From Flaccisagitta enflata (Eukaryota): 64,000 bases of DNA. The stretch spans positions 9,424,001 to 9,488,000 of the forward strand of contig OZ231126.1 in the NCBI GenBank assembly GCA_965153355.1, given 5' to 3'. Below, in pieces: positions 43,739 to 58,559 of the stretch; within the stretch, counting starts at the first letter, position 1, and each line of letters opens with the position of its first letter. The notes beneath the pieces were generated by a model. That model was not told where the DNA came from, did no database searches, and saw nothing but the letters and a program-made list of their open reading frames with translations. A program made the position numbers and the translations under genes.

Positions 43739-46700
43739 CTGAGGGGGCAGATTTCAGGCCTGGGAGGGCAGATTTCAGGCATGAGAGGGCCTGGGGGGAC
43801 TAATGGACATACGGACGAACAAAAGTCCCCCTGTGTTCTACAGGACTTCGTCCCCTTTGGGGCCGCTGCCCAAAAAACTAAAAAGTGTGACCAAAGGACA
43901 GACTGATGGACGGACCAACACACCGATGGACTGACAAAGCGGGGTGTAGAGTCACATCGCAAGCGACAAATAATTGCGTAGGTTCAAAAAGATACATCAT
44001 TAGATCAACATCACCATTTCTATTCAATCATTAGCAATTCATTTGAAGGGTTCCCCTCCCAACAGACAGACTAAATAAGTGGTATAAAGAATTGCGTGGA
44101 CGCAACTGAGAATAGCATTCATAAATCTGCCTCTTACTGTAAGTCAAGCGTCTTGGTCATTTTTTTTTCTTTTTTGCCGCATATTGATGACTAGATGTCA
44201 AGCTTGATCAACTGGTGAAAAGCTAGCCCAGCTGTCTCAGTCTAACCAGGCCTTGGTTGCGGACTGGTGGGCAGGAGCAGATAACCCTAAAAAGTAATTT
44301 TGTGATAGACCAACAGACCGATGGACCAAAAAGTGGCTTATAGAGTTGTGTGTCCTCAACTTTAGAATTTGAATTTGACCTTATGATCAACTCTCATACT
44401 ATCATCACTGATTATTCAAATCAGTACAGTTGAGCCCCACCTTAATGGAAACAGATGCCAAGGGACTAAGAAATTTCATCTGTTATAGACAATTTTTGTT
44501 ATTACAAAGGACAATGTATGTGGTCAGCAGTACCCAATTACTAACTATGCATGATTGTGGAAGTGAGTGTGAGGAGGCAGAGCAGCCACCCTGAGGGCCC
44601 TGAACCACCCAGAGTGGCCACCGTGAATGGACAAAGTGGGGTATAGAGTCGCTTAGCACGCGACTAAAAACCCATACTCCCGAGAACAAGCCTTATTTCT
44701 ATCAAAGTCCCCTGGTATTCATCCCTCAGCACCATTGCAAGTATTATCTACAAACTGACAAGCGACTTAAACAGTTCCGTAGCACGCATCTAACAATGCA
44801 TCCAGACTGTGTCTCTGCGTGTACTAAATTTGGCGCTAAACATGTGACATATATGGTGAGAGATATCAGCAAACAGACAGACTGAGTAAAAAAGGAGGCT
44901 CTCAAAACACGTTTGTCAAACCTTTTACTTAGTGTAGGATCTCACTTTGGCAAAAAATAGCAAAAAATGGTTTTTACTCAGGTGTGATGGAAGTAGCTGA
45001 CGGATAGATGGACAGACCCTCTTATGGAGACGTTTTACTTATTCAATTTTTGAATCCCTTCTTTATCTAATTCTTTAGGCAACAAGGGGTCATAGAATCA
45101 TTGCAGGGGGAGGGGGGCTGGATTGGAACTTACTCTTTCAAACTGGAGGGTAACATAGATGGAAAAACGGATACAGTTAAGTTTCATATAGGGAAGATTG
45201 GGTAGCTGGACAAACTTAAGTACCAAAAACACTTAACTTTTCCATAGCACAAGCAATGTCAATATATTAATACATGGTTACAGTAGCGAGATTAAAGTAT
45301 AAGTATGCGCAGTAAATCGGGCAGAATAACAATCAAAACGCAAGGAGATCAAGGCAGCACAGACCTCCAAATCCCACCCTGATGAGAAATAAGCCCCAAA
45401 CGACACTTCATCCCACAAGTCACCTATAGGCAGCAAACAAAATATTATTTTCATACTTTTTTTTTGAGTCGCAAGACTGAAAATAAAATCACTCAGGAAA
45501 TCATATCCTCAATCTTGCTTTTATGTAGCATTATATTTGTTATATTTTTAGTTGCGGAAATGCAACACTTTGATAGGCATTTTCCATCTGTTTGTCTGTC
45601 CATCATTTGGTTGTCCATGATAATAGCCTAGGATTGTTTGTGTGTGTGTGGGGGGGGAAGATAGAATATACCCCTGCCCACCCATCTGTAAAAAAAAACA
45701 TGGAACCCTAGCTTGACTGAATGTTCAAGATTAATGTAAGGCTGCTGCGCAGGTAAAATATCCCAGACCGCTTGCCTTATGCTTCCCTGCGTCAACCTGT
45801 AGCAAGGGAACAAGGCCGGATACAGAGCCAATAAGTAGTTGCTTGTGAGTGGGGAGGGGCAGTAATACAGATGGGCAGGGGTAGTATGAGAGTGGGTGGG
45901 AGCTGTTTTGTGGCAGGGCAGGCGCAGTAATGCTCAGAAATTGCTAGTCCAGTCAATTTCCGGTCACCTAAATTTTCACATTCCAGAAACACAGATCGAC
46001 CTTCCAAGGGACACACCCTCCGATCGAGTCGCTTTACTCGCTTACCAAGCTGCTAAAAGTTTACCGAGCAGTGTACTTGCTACAGCTTGCTGCATAGGAT
46101 AATATCTCAAAAATACAATCATCAAGTGAAAACTGGCTTTACTCAGGAGATCATATTGTCCAAATTGTGTTTTCAAAAATATTTTTGACCAAATTTTTAG
46201 AAGTGATAAAAGCTAGCTGTAATGGTAAAATATATCAAGGAGCTTGCTTACTGGTTGCAACTTGCTGCAGCTTTCTGCACCCTTACTGCAGCCTGCTGCA
46301 GATTGCTGCGAAGGTGAAATATACCCAGCATACAGCAGACATATATTTACAAAGTTCAAACTGAGATCATTAAGACGGCGAGCATCTGAAGGCAAGATTT
46401 AGTGTGTCAACAGGGGTAGAAATAGACAATTTCATGAGAATAGAAATGAAAAATTACATTAAAAGAATCATTGTAGTATGTCATGATAGATATCTAATAG
46501 CAAAATTTGCATTCAAATTGGACAAAAGAGCAAGTATTGATACCATTAACTAAAAATGTTCACTAAAAAATTTTCAAAATCTTATATTTGTTCACTGATA
46601 GGAGGCTTGTCAAAATTATAACTTTGTATAGAAAATGAAAAAATACAAAAATGAAGAACGTAGCCGCCTTCCAAAATTGATTACAGAGGCGGCTATATTT

Positions 46701-47853
46701 TTGAAAATGCAAAATTCCTTTGCATTTGAGAGTCTTATAATTTTGACAGCCGCAATTGGATAAAAAGTGTTGGCAAAATTTCATTAAAAACCCTTTTTTC
46801 TTTGCTTTGCTTATTCGAATTGCTGATTTTAAGGTTCTTTTGAGGTCAGCATATGACAAAGACATACACACAGTATGTTTCTGGAGACAATTTGTCTCCT
46901 GAAAATATTTTTGGCATCATTATTATTCAACTATAGTTGCAAAAAAAAGCGGCGAAACACTAAATGTGGTGTCAATTGCTCGCCGTCTTAAGGAAATCTC
47001 GTCCACCAAATTGTCGTCTCAATTGCCTTTTTGATCAAATTTTCAAAATCTGAAGAACATTGCTGCAAATGTAGGGAAGTCGTAGGAGCTTTTTTTTCAT
47101 GCTGCGGGTTGCTGAAACTGTGGAAATTCTCTAAGCAAGTGTCAATTACAAAATGAAAACTGCAATCACTCAAGAAATCATTACCTTCAAAATATGGTTC
47201 CCATTGTTATTCTGTAATCTCAAATATTAGGAACTTGCCACAATTAATCCCCCAAAGTGCAGCAACTTGCAGCAACCACTTTTTTTTTGTTTTATTGTCT
47301 TTTGCACTGTCTTTTGCACACATCTACATCAATTAGCATTACCAACCATATTTTATTGTTATGACCAAAGCATTTATCATGTTAGATGAGACTCAAAGGA
47401 TTAAAGAGATGATAAACCCGAGTTTTGGCCAGAAATTCGAAGGTCTTGTATAGATGACATATATAGTGGGTGTGGGCGATTTTTTCAGCAACTTGGGGCA
47501 CAGGAAATGATGCAGATCGTTCAAGATGTTACTACTACAGAGTTTAGTCGCCGTATGGGAAAGAAATTGGTTCTCTCCTTTCCCTAGTAGCATGCGACTA
47601 AAAATTAGGTCTCGTTATAATTCTTTTTTTTTATAATTTCATTATGTGTAAAGGGTGTTGATGTTTAGCCTGATTGAAATGACAATCAAATATTTGAATT
47701 CTTCAGAAAAACAGTAATCAAAGTTCTTCGGTCAAATAAACACACTGCACCGTTTCTACTTGCAAAATTTTGCATTTTTCAACTTAATACTCTTTCAGAT
47801 ATCTGCACTCTGCAATTAACATGTTTGGCAACAGCCACTTTTATTATCACTTT

Positions 47854-47905
<52 letters not shown>

Positions 47906-49120
47906 AAAAAATATATAAAATAAAAAGTGAGAGCTATCATTTGAATTTGCCTCACCGATTTAGTGACTAAAAAGAAGAAAAAATTTTGAAGGAAAGAAAC
48001 TCATAACAAAAGGAAGCAATGAAAAAAGAAGGTAGACAGAAATAGAAAACAGACAAAGACCGGGCAACGACAGGTATAACAACAACAACAAAAATCATGC
48101 TCTTTCCCCAGATTCGAGGCTTTTCAATGAAATCCACAAAGGCTGCAAAGATTTTGAATAAAAAAAAAGAAAAAAAAATAACATTGCCTCTTCTCCGAAA
48201 ACGTGTACAAACAAACTTGACTGAGCTTAATGTTTTTTTAAGTCGTGTGCAAGGCAATTCTATGAGTTACTTTGTCGGTTCGTCCGTTACTCGGACGGGA
48301 GAGCGCTATAGGAACAACATTTTTTTCGGCGTTTATCAGCTAAAAAAGCCTTTTCCATCCTTGCCCACCCGCATTATGACATTGTGTATTCTTAAATGTT
48401 CGCAGCATTGAAATTTCTTTGGGATAAAGTGACTGCTTTCAATTGAAATCAACGTGATTAGATGTATCTGTAAGCATGGTGCTTGTCAGATCAAAAAGGA
48501 GGTAGGGACAGACAAATGGTAAACCAAATGAACAAACGGATGGATGGCTTTAAGTCCCCTTGTGTTCTACAGAACTTTATGCCCTTTGGGGCCTCTGCCT
48601 CAAAAAGCCCTCGCTTCTCAATGGGGGAACGGAGAGGAATTCTGCTGACTCTGCTGAGGTTAGGTGGTGAAATCTGGTGATTGTTAATTTTGGGAAGGGG
48701 CCAAAGGGGCCAAAGGGGGCCAAAGGGGCCAAAGTAGCCCGAGGTTTCCAGATACGTTCTCGCATCTATTTCAAAGGCAAGTCCGAAGTCCAAACATTAT
48801 TTGGACTCCAAATATCGAACACAATGTTGTGCAAGAGATATCAACGACTTAATTTCATCGCTGTGCTTTGCTGTGAAATATATTGCTATCTATGGCATGC
48901 TAAGCTATAGTCGCTGAGCAGGTCTGGTCATTTCTGAGCATAATTAGGCATGACTGAATAGTTCATATGGCCGTTTTAGGCGACGTGAAAACGAAGTGAA
49001 GGTAACTTGAAGTGGAATTGAAGGCAAAAAAGTCACTTTATGAGGAAATCAGGACAGTAGGATAGAACGTATGCGTTTGGATAGTCAGACGAAGTGACAA
49101 AAGTTGTTAAGCCAGTATAA

Positions 49121-49490
49121 CCTTGGGGAAATAAAAAATGGCGGATTTTTAAAAACTTTAAAACCTTTCTTTTGAACCTTAACGTAAGAAAAATGGATTA
49201 AAATTGGTGGTGCCCGTAAAGCCCTTCAAAAGCTCTGTCATTTGAGTCGTTTCTGGCATTGTTATAACAAACAAAAACATAAAGGTCCTGTAGTGAATTC
49301 TCAAATTCCTGACAACCTGTCTTCATCCCAATGCCTTTTCTAAACGGATAAAGTTAGGACAACCAGCAACGTCTCATTTGAAACATCTTTCGCAGAGCTT
49401 CAAAATGGTCACCGATTTTTTACAGTTTTTCTCAATTTAAAGTAGATAAGATTAGTTTTCCAAAATCCGCCATTTTTTACTTTCCCAAGG
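49121..49490. mobile_element. piggyBac-like MITE
   Basis: TIR ccttggggaaataaaaaatggcggatttt / aaaatccgccattttttactttcccaagg with flanks ataa / ttaa. Confidence 0.7.
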
Positions 49491-50202
49491 TTAAACAGAT
49501 CGTATCTAAAAAAGGCCGGATACACGGCTACCCAAGTCGCGGTGGGCAGGGACAGTGATGATAACGGCTAACAGAGCATTTGGGCAGGAGCAGTGATGCA
49601 AAAACCGCCTATAAACGCCGAAAATAGATAAAAAAAAAGATCAACAGGACGATAAAAAAAGAAACACTGACTCACAGGATGAGTAATGACTTAGAAGAGG
49701 TTGGGGGTGAAGTTTTTGATGTAGGTGGCGGTTTTCATAACATTGAGCGAAACTCATTGATTTGTTCATCCTTGTATTATTCAATAATTCAAGCATTTAC
49801 TGGCATTCGTTCGTAAGATAAATCGTGGGTGGAGTTTAACAAAGCGCGAAGCATGTGCCGCGCCAATTGATTTAATTATCATGGGAGCGTAAAAATGCTT
49901 CGGAAAAGAAAAACATTTTTGCGGTTTTCAAGGAAATGGTGAAAATATGAGCCAAAGAAATTGATCACATATTTTTATAATGAAGGGAAAACAAAAATAT
50001 CCACGGTAAGTATGATCCTATGCGTTATAGCTACCAATTGGCTTGGGTTCTTCTCCCACTTTTAGTTCACTGAAAGATCGTAACCTAGGCCCTGTCTGCA
50101 ATGGTTGGTTGATTCCTTCACTTTCCCTATCTCCCTCTGTCTGCTCTCTGTCGGTCTGTCTGTCTGTCTCTCTGTCTGTCACTGTCTCTGTCTGTCACTG
50201 TC

Positions 50203-50370
<168 letters not shown>

Positions 50371-50884
50371 CCTCTCTCTCTCTCTCTCTCTCTCCTTTTC
50401 ATTCGTGCCTGCTCGCCAACCCGGGGCGCAGTGAAAATTAGATACCGTGAAGCCTTTCTAGTTCATAAAGGGAGAAAGGAACTGTAAAAGCGCCCGGCTG
50501 GGCGACTATCTGGGAACGTAATTGTGTTCATGGTGAATGGTGGAAGGGATGAGGGGAGTATTGTTCCTTATGTGACTTGTCTTTTAAGAAGGCTTTGTTC
50601 GTCAGGCGGTGCGTCGGTCCTTCGCCCCTTGACTCTCTTCGTGGTGCTTGAGTCATTGAATTTAACAAGGCCGGATACACGGCCACCAGTTGCGGACGGG
50701 TGGGCAGGGGCGTTTTCCCACTTTTCAACTCGAGCGTGACGGACCAACGGACCGACGGACGGACAAAGCCTCTTATAGAGTTGCGTGTCCGCAACTAAAA
50801 ACGCACATAAGAGTCAGTCCGTAATGTTCTACAGAAATTTGGGGTGCTTGGTGTGAGAATAATGATGATCAGTTAATCGCTCAC

Positions 50885-50945
50885 CAGAAATGGGTGTGGT
50901 GGTGTTGGCCGGCGCATTTGCGACCGAAGAAACGGCCGCGAGCAT
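50885..50945 (-). CDS. JPH: Junctophilin, probable first coding exon (MLAAVSSVANAPANTTTPIS-G)
   Basis: caacATG context with an upstream in-frame TGA near 51004. 20 codons + 1 nt end at a TCTG|gtgagc donor. Phase 1 joins the next exon to give [14 protein letters not shown], matching the junctophilin N-terminal [11 protein letters not shown] motif. Not in the ORF track. Confidence 0.75.
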
Positions 50946-51509
50946 GTTGCTCCCTCTTCCGTGATTATGTCGCGTCAAACGACGCCTCAGACAAAAGACA
51001 CTTCAGTTTTTTTTCAACTTTATTTTCTTTTTTCTTGTCTTATGTTAGATGCAAAATTACGTGGAAGCGACGACTAGGATACGCGTTGTTGGTTTGCTCT
51101 TTCACTGGTTTTTCTTTTTTCGGTGTTTTTCGTTGTTTTTTGTTCAGTTTTGTTGCTGATGTTTTCTTTCGTTGGTTTTTATTACTTTTTGTATAATGGA
51201 AAGATCAGGAGTTGCGGCGGGAGGGATTGCGTTCGTTATCAATGAGTAGTTATTATTTCTATATGATGAATTTTCGTCCTAAATTTTCTTTTTAACGGAA
51301 GCTTTTTCGAAAATGTGCAATCAAAAAGTTAAATAGATGTTTCACATTCGGAATTTTCGACGGCCAAAAGTATGTTGCTGTTAAATTTGTTGCAGTTGCT
51401 GTTACTGTTGCTGTTTTTCTGTTTTTTTTTTGTTTCGTTTTCTTTTTCTCTTTGTTTCCTTTGTTTTATGAGTTGTGCGTGACCAAACTTTTTTTCATGG
51501 ATTAAAAAA

Positions 51510-51614
<105 letters not shown>

Positions 51615-51995
51615 AGAGAGGAATTTTATTCACAGAGCGTTTTTTGTGTTTTATAAATCGGGAAAAAGGATTTTAATTGAACGTTGAAAAGTTTTAATGA
51701 TTGGATGGTTTTTAGTGATGGTAGCGGACGGAAGATCGGCTGTGAAGCAATCCTCGATGTTGCCTCATCATTCATTGCATCTTTTTCAATCTTCGTTCAT
51801 TGCATCTTTTTCAGTCTTTCTTTTTTTTTTTATCGAAATGATTTCAATTCATCAGAAATACAATTTCTCCCGTTTATCAATTGATGAGAGAAAGTGAATG
51901 CTTTTTTCCTTCGTTTTCCTTTTCCTACCAAATCAGCTTTCTTTCTCTTTTTTCTCATTGGAGATGGAGAGCCGTTAAAATCACTTACGGACACA

Positions 51996-52109
<114 letters not shown>

Positions 52110-54139
52110 AATAAGGTTAAGCGGAAGTAAGGGCTAAAAGAGAGAGTGAAAGGAAGGAATTCACCAAAGTTAATAACTCGCCTTGAAAAGATAGAAATTG
52201 GCGAAAGACAGACTTCCTCGTCCTATTGAAGAATGAGGACTAAGTCCTCCCAAATCTCTTTCTTTTCTCTTCTCCTCTTTCTTTCCTCCTTTCTGTCCTC
52301 CGATCAAGTGGGAGAGAGAGAGACAACACTAAAGATGTCTTCCTGGTTCCTTTTGATCCTTTCCTTTTACTCCGACGCGCTTTCTCAGAATTGCTCTCCT
52401 CAAACCACAATTTTTTTTGTTTTGTTTACGGGCAAATGTTGCCTAGATGGCGCGCGTCGTGTTTTTTTTTGTTTTGGTTTAAACAAAAGTCAAAGGCAAT
52501 GAGGAAAATCATATGAGTTGCACATTTATGAGAAATGAAGAGAAAAATATATGAAAATGAATGTGAGAAAGAAGATGAAAAAAAAACAAAATTCAACTGT
52601 CGCCAATTTCGGTGTTTTTTTTTTGTTTTTTTTTTTTTTTTGTTTTATTGATAAATAAAAATTCGTCGATTTCTTTTGATGTTTCTTCGTTGTTATTTTG
52701 TTGTTGTTATATTGGCCCTGAAGAGAGCGACATCACTTGTTGGGTTTTGGAAGAAATTCAAAAAAACTGAATCATTGACTTATTAAAATAGAAAACAGAG
52801 ATGATGAAATGATGAAAAATAGAGAGAAAGCGAGCTAAGCCTAAAAAGTCGAGACGACGGAAAGACGGAGAGAGTCAAATCACAAACGAAAGAAAATGAA
52901 TTTATTGATTTGGGAATATTGTTTAAATCATTTAAGAACTAATAAGTTGATGAAAGGAACTTGTGGCGACTGTGTGTTGTTGACGCTGTTTTGTTACGTC
53001 ATATGTATATATATGTTCTTTCTTTGTCCTTCTGTTTCTCTTGTTTCTTTGTTTCGTCTGCTGCTCTTTTATTAGTTCTTTTTTTTTTTCTTGAGCGTTT
53101 TTTTCTGTTTTAACTCAAGTCTGCGCAGGCGAAGCTCGAAGCAATTTTTGGAGGCCGATTAATTTTTCTAATTTCTGATTACTTCTTTTGTTTGTTTTTT
53201 TTTCTTGTGTTTTTTATTTGTTTTTGTTTATATCTTATAAAACAATCAAAATAGATAAATGAAAATAAAACTCACGCTTACGACTTTTAAGGTTTCTTCA
53301 TCATTTTGAGTTCCTTTTTCGGCCGTCCATCATACCTGATGAAAGAATAAGTAAATCACAGTTTTTTAACACAAACATAGTTTAAGTAACCGTTCACTAA
53401 ATCCCGCAAATGCATGTTTCATACAGCACATGCCACGGAAAGGTTGTATCAAATCTGATTCGAAGTTATGCCCCTGAAGCAAGCCTGTTCAAAATATCAC
53501 CGACTGTTAGAATGTTTGTAAAAAACAAGTAGTGCGAGGTTACAATTTGAGCAATGGTTAGAGTTTACTGAACTGGAAAAGTGACATTTGGTCCATGTTA
53601 GTAAAATTGACATTTTTTGTCACGTGCACGCAACTCCATACTTCTCTATCAAACTGTTGGTCCAACCATCGGTCAGTCCATCGTTTTGTCAGTTACATAT
53701 ATATATTTTGGGTTGTTTTTTTTTTTAACTGAGTATTATGCCATCAATGCCCCTGCCCAAATATCTTGGTGATTGCGTGAGTATCGAGCCTTTTTTTAAA
53801 ATCAATCATCGAAAGAAACTTTTATCGTTATCGTTTATCGTTATTGAAAGACTGTCATGTCAGAAGGACGGAAAAAATGAGAGACGGCATAGAATAGAAT
53901 AATTGATGCGTCGAATTCCCCGCACCTCAACCACTGCCCCTGCCCAACCGCACGTGATCAGAGTAGCCGTGTATCCAGCCTTGTTTAAGTGCAAATCGAC
54001 CGCTGTGTGGTGCGCCTGTCGGCCCTTCAGACCTTGTTTCGAGAGAATTGTTTTTTTATCATAGCAAAGAAAAATTAATTTCGTTGAAACTATAAATTGT
54101 GCAATGAAAGACGGCTGGTTCAAGTTGCACGTGCAGGCC

Positions 54140-54292
<153 letters not shown>

Positions 54293-54642
54293 GTGAGAGA
54301 GAGAAAGAGAAAGAAACAGCGCAAAAGATAAACAAGCAAATCTACGAACAGACACGTACACATGCAGATATAAGACACCTTCGAGAGCTGCAAAGGATTT
54401 CGTCCTTCATTCATATTCAGATCGGATTGAGTAGTATGTTGTCCAGCTTTCATAGCAAGAACAATATCGAGTGGTGAATAAAAAAAAGAGTAAGACATAA
54501 AATAAAGAAAATGTCAAGAGAAAGGAAGAAATAAAAACGAGATAGAAAGAAAGAAAGAAAAAAAGGAAGAGTTACAAAAACTGATTGGAAGGAAGAGGGA
54601 GTGAATCGTAAAACAAAAGGGAAAAAAGTGAAGGAAAGGTTC

Positions 54643-54734
<92 letters not shown>

Positions 54735-55122
54735 AAGAGAGAGAGAAAAAGAGAGAGAGAAAAAGAGAGAGAAAAGAAGCATTACATCCGGTTGTTTGAG
54801 CGAATTATCGTTTTCCTGCCAATATGGTAACTAAGGCGTAGACGATGAAAACAAAAACGACTATGAATGTCACGACGACGACGACGACGACAGTGGAGAC
54901 GGTGACATTGACGACGACGACGACGACGAGGTGAATCCTGGTTACGCATCCTTGGTGCCAAAAAAGGGAGAGCATCTTCCTCCTCTTCCTCCTCTTCCTT
55001 CTCCTCTTCCTCATCCTCCTCATCCTCATCTGCTCTTCCTACTTCGTTGTCAATAGAAAGAGTAAGACTAAGTAAGACCAGCCTCTCGTGAAGCGTTAAA
55101 TGAGCGTTGAGTTGGAAGTGCC

Positions 55123-56406
55123 GAAGATGGCGCCAAGATTATTGTAAGCAGGCAGAAACAAGGATCACATACAAGAAGATGGCGCCAAGACTATTGTAAG
55201 CAAACAGAAACAAGGATCACTTACTAGAAGATGGCGCCAAGACTATTGTAAGCAGGCAGAAACAAGGATCACTTATTAGAAGATGGCGCCAAGATTATTT
55301 TAAGCAAACAGAAACAAGGATCACTTACTACAGACGGGACCCTAATAAGAGCGGAGGAGGGACCCGAAGTTTTAGCATCACCACCTACAGCTTATATGGC
55401 TCAAGCATTCTTCTCACTTGCTATGGCGGATTACTCCTTAGGTGGATACAATTGGCGCCACCATGGCGATTTTTGAATTTCCAACAAGAACATCCTTAAA
55501 TTTCGCAAAATCACCCTCTGGGACCCCCCAAAAAATTGAACAATTTTTTCTTCAATTTTTACAATTTGGGGGTGTTCTAGGTAGAAATTTAAAAATCGCT
55601 ACGATGGCGCCAATTGTATCCACTCAAGGTATATTCCACCACAGCAAGTGAGAAATTCGCTTGAGCTATATAAGCTGTAGGGGGTGATGCTAAAACTTTG
55701 GGTCCCTCCTCCGCTCTTATTAGGGTCCCGTCTGTAGAAGATGGCGCCAAGAATATTGTAAGCAGGCAGAAACAAGGATCACACACTAGAAGATGGCGCC
55801 AAGATTATTGTAAGCAGGTAGAAACAAGGATCACACACTAGAAGATGGCGCCAAGATTATTGTAAGCAGGCAGAAAAAATGATCACTTAAGAGAAGACGG
55901 CACCAAGATTATTGTAAGCAAACAGAAACAAGGATCACTTACTAGAAGATGGCGCCAAGAATATTGTAAGCAGGCAGAAACAAGGATCACACACTAGAAG
56001 ATGGCGCCAAGATTATTGTAAGCAGGTAGAAACAAGGATCACACACTAGAAGATGGCGCCAAGATTATTGTAAGCAGGCAGAAACAATGATCACTTACTA
56101 GAGGATGCCGCCAATATTATTGTAACCAGGGAGAAATAATGATCACCTACTATAAGATGGAGCCAAGATTATTGTGAGCAGGCAGAAACAATGATCATTT
56201 ACAAGAAGATGGCACCAAGATTATTTTAACAGGCAGAAACAATAATCACTGACAAGAAGATGGCGCCAAGATTTTAGGAAGCAGGCAGAAACAATGATCA
56301 CTTACTAGAAGATGGCGCCAAGATTATTGTAAGCAGGCAGAAACAATATTCATTTGCTAAAAGATGGCGCCAAGATTTTTGTAAGCAGGCAGAAGCAATG
56401 ATCACT
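55123..56406 (+). repeat. 52-bp minisatellite, ~17 units, interrupted by a foldback MITE
   Basis: Unit agaagatggcgccaagattattgtaagcaggcagaaacaaggatcac(tt/ac)act; 4 units before and ~13 after the insertion. Confidence 0.96.
55331..55734. mobile_element. 404-bp near-fully palindromic TA-flanked MITE
   Basis: TA|cagacgggaccctaataagagcggaggagggaccc...gggtccctcctccgctcttattagggtcccgtctg|TA, splitting the array unit at acTAga. Confidence 0.93.
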
Positions 56407-56453
56407 TTGTAAAGAAACCCTTGAGGGAGATCTAGACAAAAGGGAGAGGGAGG

Positions 56454-56536
<83 letters not shown>

Positions 56537-56582
56537 GCAAATAGAGACAGGGAGAAAGAGGGACAGATAGACAGTGACAGAC

Positions 56583-56700
<118 letters not shown>

Positions 56701-57444
56701 AGAGAAGAGAGAGAGAGAGAGAGAATATCTGTTTGCGCAATAATTGATTGACAGAATCCCTAGAAAACGATCGAGCACGAGCCCCACTTATGTGCTTCAT
56801 ATTGCAAAATTTGGGAGCTAAAACTTAAATCATGAATTAGGTAGTTGAGTGTGCGCTGCCAGATATCAAGTTATATCATCTTTCTATCTTACCAAAAACT
56901 AGTTAGGGCAATCTTTACCACGACTTGAGCCTCAAAAATGACAAAAATTTAAGGACACCTGGACAATCCATAGTTTGTCCCCAATAAGAAACAAAAAAGT
57001 GCATGAAACTGGGCATACATTTTTTTCTTTTCATAAGATATGTTTTTATAAGAGACATGAGCCTGAGATATGCTAAAATTTTAAGATCAAAATAAGAGAA
57101 TGCCCCACTGAGATTCAGTTTTTGCAACTTTAAAGAAATTTTTTTAACTATCTTACTCAAATAAATGGAAAATAACTCTTTTTTTTTTTGTGTTTGCCCA
57201 TGAAACTAAGCATTTACATTCTAATACATGCATATTTGTTGAGAATGAATTAACCGAACTTGAGCCTCAAAAAGGGCGAAAACTTACCCCAGGCTGAGTT
57301 CAAAATATGATGTCTTTTATGAAAAAAATAGTGTACTAAGATAACTTGTTGCCGTGTTGAGCACCCAAGCTTCTCAAGCGCCCCACAACTATGCCACAAC
57401 GGCGTTTACGAACTAGTGCGTGCGCGAACAAGCTCACGCTATTC

Positions 57445-57504
<60 letters not shown>

Positions 57505-57554
57505 CGCCGCGCACTTTGCCACTTCAAAATATATTCCCGCACTCACTAGTCAAG

Positions 57555-57615
57555 TTAAATATTGGAAAATTCGGCCAATGAGCAGCTGCCAAAGATAGTT
57601 GACCAATGAGGGTCC
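57555..57615. promoter_or_regulatory. Candidate CCAAT-box cluster
   Basis: attgg (57561), ggccaatgag (57573) and gaccaatgag (57601) in a CpG-containing, non-repeat patch. Motif match only. Confidence 0.3.
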
Positions 57616-57945
57616 GCGTGGACGTTTTTTTTTCTTAAATGAAGTTATGAGGAGGATTCTTTTGACAAAAAAAACTCAACGCCTGGGGTAATTCATCACA
57701 GACTCACCGGCACGTGGACAATAATCCTATTCATGAGCGTTGAGCAAATGCGTGATTGTGTATTACGCGAAAAGTGTTTGTCAGAAAAGCCAGAATTGAA
57801 CTCTCCTCTACAAGAATGTTTTTCCCTCTGCAAAAATTCTTTTACATGGACCATTGCATTTGGGCAGGGGCAGTGAGCTAAAAAAGCTGAAAATCGCCGA
57901 AATAGTTAAAAGAGATCGACCGATCAACCAACCGACGGACCGACA

Positions 57946-58559
57946 TGGCGGGGTGTAGAGTCGCTTATCACGCGACTAAAAATCATAGACCAATCCCATA
58001 AGTAAAAGAAAAGAAAAACAAAAAAGCCTTTAATATCTTTTTATATTTTTTTAGTACACTTTTTATTTTTTATAAGAACCTAGTTTGTAAGAACATCAAG
58101 CCATGAAATCGCTAAAAAATTAAGAACATTGTAGTTATTTTACTGGTAGCTATGACTATCTCTTTTGAAGGCTTCAGAAAAAAGACGACGTTTTTATAAA
58201 AAATAATAAGTGTAGTGTGCTACGCGACTCTACGCCCCGCTATATCTACCGTTGGCGGGGTGTAGAGTCGCTTATCACGCGACTAAAAATCATAGACCAA
58301 TCCCATAAGTAAAAGAAAAGAAAAACAAAAAAGCCTTTAATATCTTTTTATATTTTTTTAGTACACTTTTTATTTTTTATAAGAACCTAGTTTGTAAGAA
58401 CATCAAGCCATGAAATCGCTAAAAAATTAAGAACATTGTAGTTATTTTACTAGTAGCTATGACTATCTCTTTTGAAGGCTTCAGAAAAAAGACGACGTTT
58501 TTATAAAAAATAATAAGTGTAGTGTGCTACGCGACTCTACGCCCCGCTATATCTACCGT
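57946..58559 (+). repeat. 307-bp tandem duplication (57946-58252, 58253-58559)
   Basis: Two copies, one substitution seen, tgg microhomology at the junction. Confidence 0.93.

Noticed and set aside
48697-48735. Collagen-like GPKGPKGAKGAK
   Set aside because: Three or four copies of a 9-10-bp ggggccaaa repeat inside a repeat-derived region.
54782-54949. Protamine-like 55-aa ORF on the minus strand (MRNQDSPRRRRRRQCHRLHCRRRRRR...)
   Set aside because: The Arg runs are encoded purely by (CGT)n microsatellites and other frames give equally plausible poly-Asp or poly-Val; no independent support.
55123-56406. CRISPR array
   Set aside because: Units are contiguous with no unique spacers; eukaryotic context and no cas genes.
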